Positions 24,512-28,909 of a stretch of 28,909 bases of DNA are shown piece by piece. Source of the DNA: Candidatus Woesearchaeota archaeon (GTDB taxonomy: Archaea; Nanobdellota; Nanobdellia; Woesearchaeales; DSVV01); the NCBI GenBank assembly GCA_016215305.1, contig JACRKI010000006.1, positions 1 to 28,909 on the forward strand, in the 5' to 3' direction. The translations under genes and the position numbers were made by a program. The notes under the pieces were generated by a model, which worked only from the letters and a program-made list of their open reading frames with translations, did no database searches and had not been told where the DNA came from. Within the stretch, counting starts at the first letter, position 1. The number at the start of each line of letters is the position of its first letter.

Positions 24512-25882
24512 TCATTTCATCTGAAGATTACCAAGCCCAGGAATCTTTCCTCCCATTCTTTTCATCATCTTTTCCATGCCTTTCGCAGACCCTGCGCCGC
24601 CAAACATCTTCGTCATCTTCTTCGCCTGACGATACTGCTTGAGCAGCTCACTCACTTCAGTTGTCTCTGTTCCAGATCCTTTCGCAATCCGCTGCATTCT
24701 ACTGCTATCAAGCAACTCTGGATCTTCCAACTCTTTCTTCGTACAACTATTAAGTATATACTTCCATTTCTTTAATTTCTTTTCCTGAACACTAATCATA
24801 TCCTTTGGCAGCTGCAACTGCCCCATGCCCGGAATCATTTCCATCAGCTTTCCAAGCGATCCCATCTTGCCCATCGTTTCCATCTGCTGATATAAATCTA
24901 CAAGATTAAATTTTCCACTCAAGAATTTCTTGCTCATGTCCTGCGCGTCTTCTTCTGTCACCGCTTCTTTTGCTTTTTCGAGAAGCGCTTCAAGGTCTCC
25001 CATGCCCAATAATCTGCCGACGAAATTCTTCGGCTTAAATTCCTCAAACGCATCAATCTTCTCTCCAACGCCAATAAATTTGACTGGCGCTCCTGTAACC
25101 GCGCACGCAATCAAGGAACCTCCGCCTTTCGCAGTTCCGTCGAGCTTTGTAATTATTACTCCAGTCACTTTACAGGTCTCATGGAACGCATGCGCCTGCT
25201 TCTCTGCTGCCTGTCCAATATCGCCGCTCATCACTAAAAGCGTTTCATCTGGCTGGACAAACGCATTCATTTGCTTTAATTCATCAATAAGATCTTCGCT
25301 GAGCGCGTCTCTTCCCGCAGTATCCACAATCACTAAATCGTATTTCTTTAACTCTGGTTCAAATATTTTGTAGATTTTGATCGCGTCTTTTTCATTCTTC
25401 ATTCCAAAGACATCCACATTAATCTGCGCGCCAAGTTGTTTGAGCTGATCATACGCAGCAGGACGCCAGGTGTCTGTCTGGATAAGCGCAACTTTGTTCC
25501 CCCGCTTCTGAAAAAACTTTGCAAGTTTTCCTGCTGTTGTTGTTTTTCCATTTCCAAACAATCCGCAGAGCATAATCTTGAACGGTTTTTTATTGACTTC
25601 AATTTTATGTCCTTCTCCTCCCAAAAATGCAGCAAGTTCTTCATAGACAATGTTAATGAGAAATTCTTTTTTTGTCAGACCTGCAGGAGGTTCTTGCTTT
25701 AATGCTCGCTCTTTAATTTTATTTGAAAGTTCAAAGACTAATTTGACATTGACATCAGACTGCAATAATGATCGCTGGATGTCTTTGACGAGTTCATTGA
25801 TTAATTTTTCATCGACAAACATTGCTCCTGCAATCTTTGACAATGTAGACTTTAATGACTCGCCGAGTTTTTCAAGGACCAT
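24512..25882 (-). CDS. srp54: Signal recognition particle protein SRP54
   Basis: LLQSDVNVKLV, GLFGNGKTTT, DTWRPAA, DTAGR, TKLDGTAKGG, M-domain MEMIPG..SRMQRIAKGSG. Confidence 0.97.
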   Translation of the reverse strand: MVLEKLGESLKSTLSKIAGAMFVDEKLINELVKDIQRSLLQSDVNVKLVFELSNKIKERALKQEPPAGLTKKEFLINIVYEELAAFLGGEGHKIEVNKKPFKIMLCGLFGNGKTTTAGKLAKFFQKRGNKVALIQTDTWRPAAYDQLKQLGAQINVDVFGMKNEKDAIKIYKIFEPELKKYDLVIVDTAGRDALSEDLIDELKQMNAFVQPDETLLVMSGDIGQAAEKQAHAFHETCKVTGVIITKLDGTAKGGGSLIACAVTGAPVKFIGVGEKIDAFEEFKPKNFVGRLLGMGDLEALLEKAKEAVTEEDAQDMSKKFLSGKFNLVDLYQQMETMGKMGSLGKLMEMIPGMGQLQLPKDMISVQEKKLKKWKYILNSCTKKELEDPELLDSSRMQRIAKGSGTETTEVSELLKQYRQAKKMTKMFGGAGSAKGMEKMMKRMGGKIPGLGNLQMK

Positions 25883-25921
25883 ATATCGTCAGAAGCAAGA
25901 ATGATTTTTAAAGCTATTGTA

Positions 25922-25977
25922 AAATTTTGAAAGAAATCACTTTTTGAAAATCATTCTGGTGATTTTTTTCAAAATTT
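25922..25977. promoter_or_regulatory. 19-bp inverted repeat (1 mismatch) in the divergent srp54/phosphoesterase promoter
   Basis: AAATTTTGAAAGAAATCAC (25922-25940) / GTGATTTTTTTCAAAATTT (25959-25977). Confidence 0.5.
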
Positions 25978-26019
25978 GAATCACAACTTATTTTAACTTC
26001 TTCACTCTTTCTTCTTCTC

Positions 26020-26784
26020 ATGCAAATCCTTCCTGACATTGAAATCGTCGATCTTGGTCTTTATTTTGTCAAACAGGATCTTCTCGCTCTTGGCGATGTC
26101 CACATCGGCTATGAAGAAGCACTCAACAAACAAGGAATACTTGTTCCAAGATTCGCGTTCAAGGAAATGATGGAAAAACTCGGGCAGATGATTCTTGCCA
26201 CGCTAGCTCTTTCCAAAAAACAGAAAATCTCGACTATTCTTGTCAATGGAGACCTGAAACATGAGTTTGGAAAGATCAGCGAAACAGAATGGCGGCACAC
26301 TGTTCGCTTTTTGAAATTATTACGGCAATATACTGATCACATTGTACTCGTCAAAGGAAATCATGACAAAATTCTTGAGCCGATCGCAAAAACAAAAGGA
26401 TTGGATCTTGTTTCCTTCTATCAAGTTGCTGATGTTCTCTTTTTGCACGGTGATGTTGTCCTCGATGCCGCTTCTGAGAAATCGGTGAAGATTATTGTCA
26501 TTGGACACGAACATCCTGCAGTTTCTCTGAATCAATGGCCGCGAACTGAAAAATACAAAGCATTTTTGCTTGGTAAATGGAGAAAGAGTAAGCTTACCCT
26601 TTCTTCTAAAAGAATAATTGTCATGCCTTCTTTTAGCTTAGTTACTGAAGGAACTGATGTTTTGAAAGAATCATTGTTGAGCCCATTTCTTCGCGGACAA
26701 AATCTTTCTTCTTTTGATTGCTTCATTATTGGAGATCAGTCGTATCACTTTGGGAAGTTGGGGAATCTGAGGAGAAGAAAATAG
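26020..26784 (+). CDS. Calcineurin-like metallophosphoesterase (COG1407-like)
   Basis: GDVHIGYE, NGDLKH, KGNHD, LHGD, IGHEHPA, VMPSF. Confidence 0.93.
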   Translation: MQILPDIEIVDLGLYFVKQDLLALGDVHIGYEEALNKQGILVPRFAFKEMMEKLGQMILATLALSKKQKISTILVNGDLKHEFGKISETEWRHTVRFLKLLRQYTDHIVLVKGNHDKILEPIAKTKGLDLVSFYQVADVLFLHGDVVLDAASEKSVKIIVIGHEHPAVSLNQWPRTEKYKAFLLGKWRKSKLTLSSKRIIVMPSFSLVTEGTDVLKESLLSPFLRGQNLSSFDCFIIGDQSYHFGKLGNLRRRK

Positions 26785-26839
26785 AAAGAATAAAACAAGA
26801 AAAAATCAAAAAAGAAATCAACAAAAGCTATTCTTCACT

Positions 26840-28096
26840 TCAGCCGTTTGCGTAACCATCTTTATATCCTTTAATGTAATATCCTCTCTGATATCTAATT
26901 AATTTCGCGTAATCAAGCTCCTGCGTGGTTGTCGTATATCGTGAGGATTTCCATGTATACGTATATGGATTGCTTCTTTTTCCTGCTGCCGCATCTGCCG
27001 CGCCAACATCATATCCAATCTGATAAATATACTGCGCATCTGTCAATTCTGTTGTTCTTTTTCCATTCTTTTCTCGTACTCCAATTTCATATCCTGCACG
27101 GTATCCTTTGATATATGATGCCTTGTCCGCGTGCGCCTTTTGCACGTCGCTTTTCTCGATCCCTGTTGGCAATTTATACCAGAAATTACTCTGATACTTT
27201 CCTGTATCATCATAGCGCGCATTTAAAATCCAATCGTAATTCAAAATGGTTTGCGGATTGCTTGCTTTTCCATCCAACGCATCACTGTATCCAAATTTAT
27301 ATCCTGTATCATACGCATTTTTCTTCTGCTCTGTTCCTGAAAGCTGTGAAGGAAGCGTACTTGTTTGCTTGGATGTTGTTTCTGTTGTCTTTGTTGGTTT
27401 TTGTTCATTCAAATAATATTCATATCCTTCTTTGTACTTCGCAATGAATGTTCCTCTGTTTTCAAGAATCCATTCATAGACATCTCTCACTGAACGTGAT
27501 TCGTCTTTCGCAAGATCAGACATGATTTTCAACGGCGCTTTTGGATTGCCTTTGCTCGCGTCAGTATATCCAATTTGATACGCAAGATTTTCTATGCCTT
27601 GACTTGTATCCAATTCATCGAGATTCCATTTTGTGTATGTCACTATATTTGATTCAGTTATAGAACTTTCCTTGATAATTCCATATTCAGTCATGAAATC
27701 AGTGCTTACTTCTCTTTCTTTTTTATCATGCGAATCAACATATCCAATTTTGTATCCTGTCACATAACTTCCTTTATACAAATACGCCATTCCTGAGCAA
27801 AAATAATCAGGGTCATCTGTGTTCACACGCTTGTATTTTTGGAGAATGCTCAAAGGCGCGGATGGTTTATTATCTTTTTGGTCATCATAGCCGTTTGTAT
27901 ACCCGCAGTCATACGAAACATCTTCTGCGATTCCTCTGCTTCTGATCTCATTTAAAGATTCATATTCCACAGCAAACGCTGCTGCCGCAGTCATTAAAAG
28001 AAGAAGGAATATACTTCCCACAATTACCGCTACTTTTGTTTTTGCTATTTTGACCACCTTTACCTTGTTTTTTGTCTGCTGGTTTGAACAGGACAT
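26840..28096 (-). CDS. Secreted or membrane-anchored protein with YxxGYxxG repeats
   Basis: N-terminal basic plus hydrophobic segment (VAVIVGSIFLLLLMTAAAAFA); eight GY-motif helices; exact start uncertain. Confidence 0.8.
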   Translation of the reverse strand: MSCSNQQTKNKVKVVKIAKTKVAVIVGSIFLLLLMTAAAAFAVEYESLNEIRSRGIAEDVSYDCGYTNGYDDQKDNKPSAPLSILQKYKRVNTDDPDYFCSGMAYLYKGSYVTGYKIGYVDSHDKKEREVSTDFMTEYGIIKESSITESNIVTYTKWNLDELDTSQGIENLAYQIGYTDASKGNPKAPLKIMSDLAKDESRSVRDVYEWILENRGTFIAKYKEGYEYYLNEQKPTKTTETTSKQTSTLPSQLSGTEQKKNAYDTGYKFGYSDALDGKASNPQTILNYDWILNARYDDTGKYQSNFWYKLPTGIEKSDVQKAHADKASYIKGYRAGYEIGVREKNGKRTTELTDAQYIYQIGYDVGAADAAAGKRSNPYTYTWKSSRYTTTTQELDYAKLIRYQRGYYIKGYKDGYANG

Positions 28097-28218
28097 ATTA
28101 ATTTGCTTCAGAAGATTGAGGCGACGCTTCTATATAAAGATTATCTTTCACTCGGCTTTCTTTGATTTCTCTCTAAAACGCAATGTTTATATATTAAAAG
28201 CCGCCAAAAAACATCACG

Positions 28219-28909
28219 ATGAAAAAGAGGGTGATTGGTTTCTGGATTTTATTGCTTCTGCTACTCTTTACGCTTTCTGTTTCTGCAAAACTTCTCATCA
28301 CGAGTTATTGCGATGTCTCCTTAGAAACATGCAAATCACAGGATCAGGCCCTTGTTCTTCTTCAAAAGGATTATCCTTCTGACATTAAAGTCAATTATTT
28401 ATATTATTTTGACACCTCGAACGCAAAAAGTTCCCTCGCGCAAATTGCTCTGGAATGCGCGAATCGTGAAAGCATGAAAGACGCGTACAAAACCTATCTT
28501 CAAGATCATCTCGGTGAAAAAGAAATTTCCCGAGACTCTCTCAAAAACTCTGCAGACGCAGTTGGTCTGGCCGCTGCAAATTTTACCTTTTGCCTAGATA
28601 CACAGGAGACTGCATACGATGTTCTTGCAGAGATTGAGAACGCAGAAGAAGAAGGCGCAACAACTGTTCCATCTATTCGTTTTGGCACGGATATCTATAC
28701 TGGTTCTCAAACCTATACCTCTTTACACACGCTTGTGAAAAAATATCTTGGCTTGACTGAAGCTGAATATCCAAAAGAGACAACGACAGAAACATCCTCT
28801 TCCACAGCATCAAGCTCTTCTGAAGCCCCTGCATCTTCAACTGAACAAACAATTCCATCAGGTTCTGAGACAAGTTCTGGAACAAAAGAGATGCAGAACA
28901 TTGAACAAC
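28219..28909 (+). CDS. Partial DsbA/thioredoxin-fold secreted protein (runs off window)
   Basis: Not in track; MKKRVIGFWILLLLLLFTLSVSA signal peptide, ITSYCDVSLETC, ALECA, FCLD, GATTVPSI (cis-Pro loop), Ser/Thr-rich linker; TATA at 28186. Confidence 0.75.
   Translation, partial: MKKRVIGFWILLLLLLFTLSVSAKLLITSYCDVSLETCKSQDQALVLLQKDYPSDIKVNYLYYFDTSNAKSSLAQIALECANRESMKDAYKTYLQDHLGEKEISRDSLKNSADAVGLAAANFTFCLDTQETAYDVLAEIENAEEEGATTVPSIRFGTDIYTGSQTYTSLHTLVKKYLGLTEAEYPKETTTETSSSTASSSSEAPASSTEQTIPSGSETSSGTKEMQNIEQ

Noticed and set aside
22318-25904. Numerous 60-150 aa ORFs overlapping ftsY, pfdA, srp54 and other core genes
   Set aside because: Antisense or alternate-frame shadows with Phe/Ser/Leu-biased composition and no motifs

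Overview
Archaeal chromosome segment, most consistent with a DPANN-type (Woesearchaeota-like) organism. The taxonomy is inferred from gene content, low GC and compact layout. Core informational genes are rtcA, a Zn-ribbon protein with aEF-1beta, trm1, aIF5B, a PUA protein, tRNA-Val(GAC), tRNA-Thr(GGT), aIF6, ftsY, prefoldin alpha and srp54. Metabolic genes are an aspartate aminotransferase and the archaeal PEP carboxylase ppcA. Also present are two intact toxin-antitoxin pairs and one decayed pair, an A24 peptidase, a NUDIX hydrolase, a metallophosphoesterase and several orphan membrane or coiled-coil proteins. The unexplained signal is mostly non-coding: (i) a 236-nt, 57% GC, almost fully base-paired candidate ncRNA upstream of rtcA; (ii) a 78-bp palindromic element in two diverged copies with compensatory base-pair changes; (iii) an IS200/IS605-end-like mini element; (iv) a dispersed modular intergenic repeat family with filled and empty alleles that shares motifs with (iii); (v) a run of four back-to-back perfect hairpins. 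No transposase, reverse transcriptase or cas gene was recognised in the window. One orphan ORF looks like a caspase-fold pseudoprotease. All calls are by eye and none was confirmed by database search. Several ORF-track starts, one frame and two strand labels were corrected.
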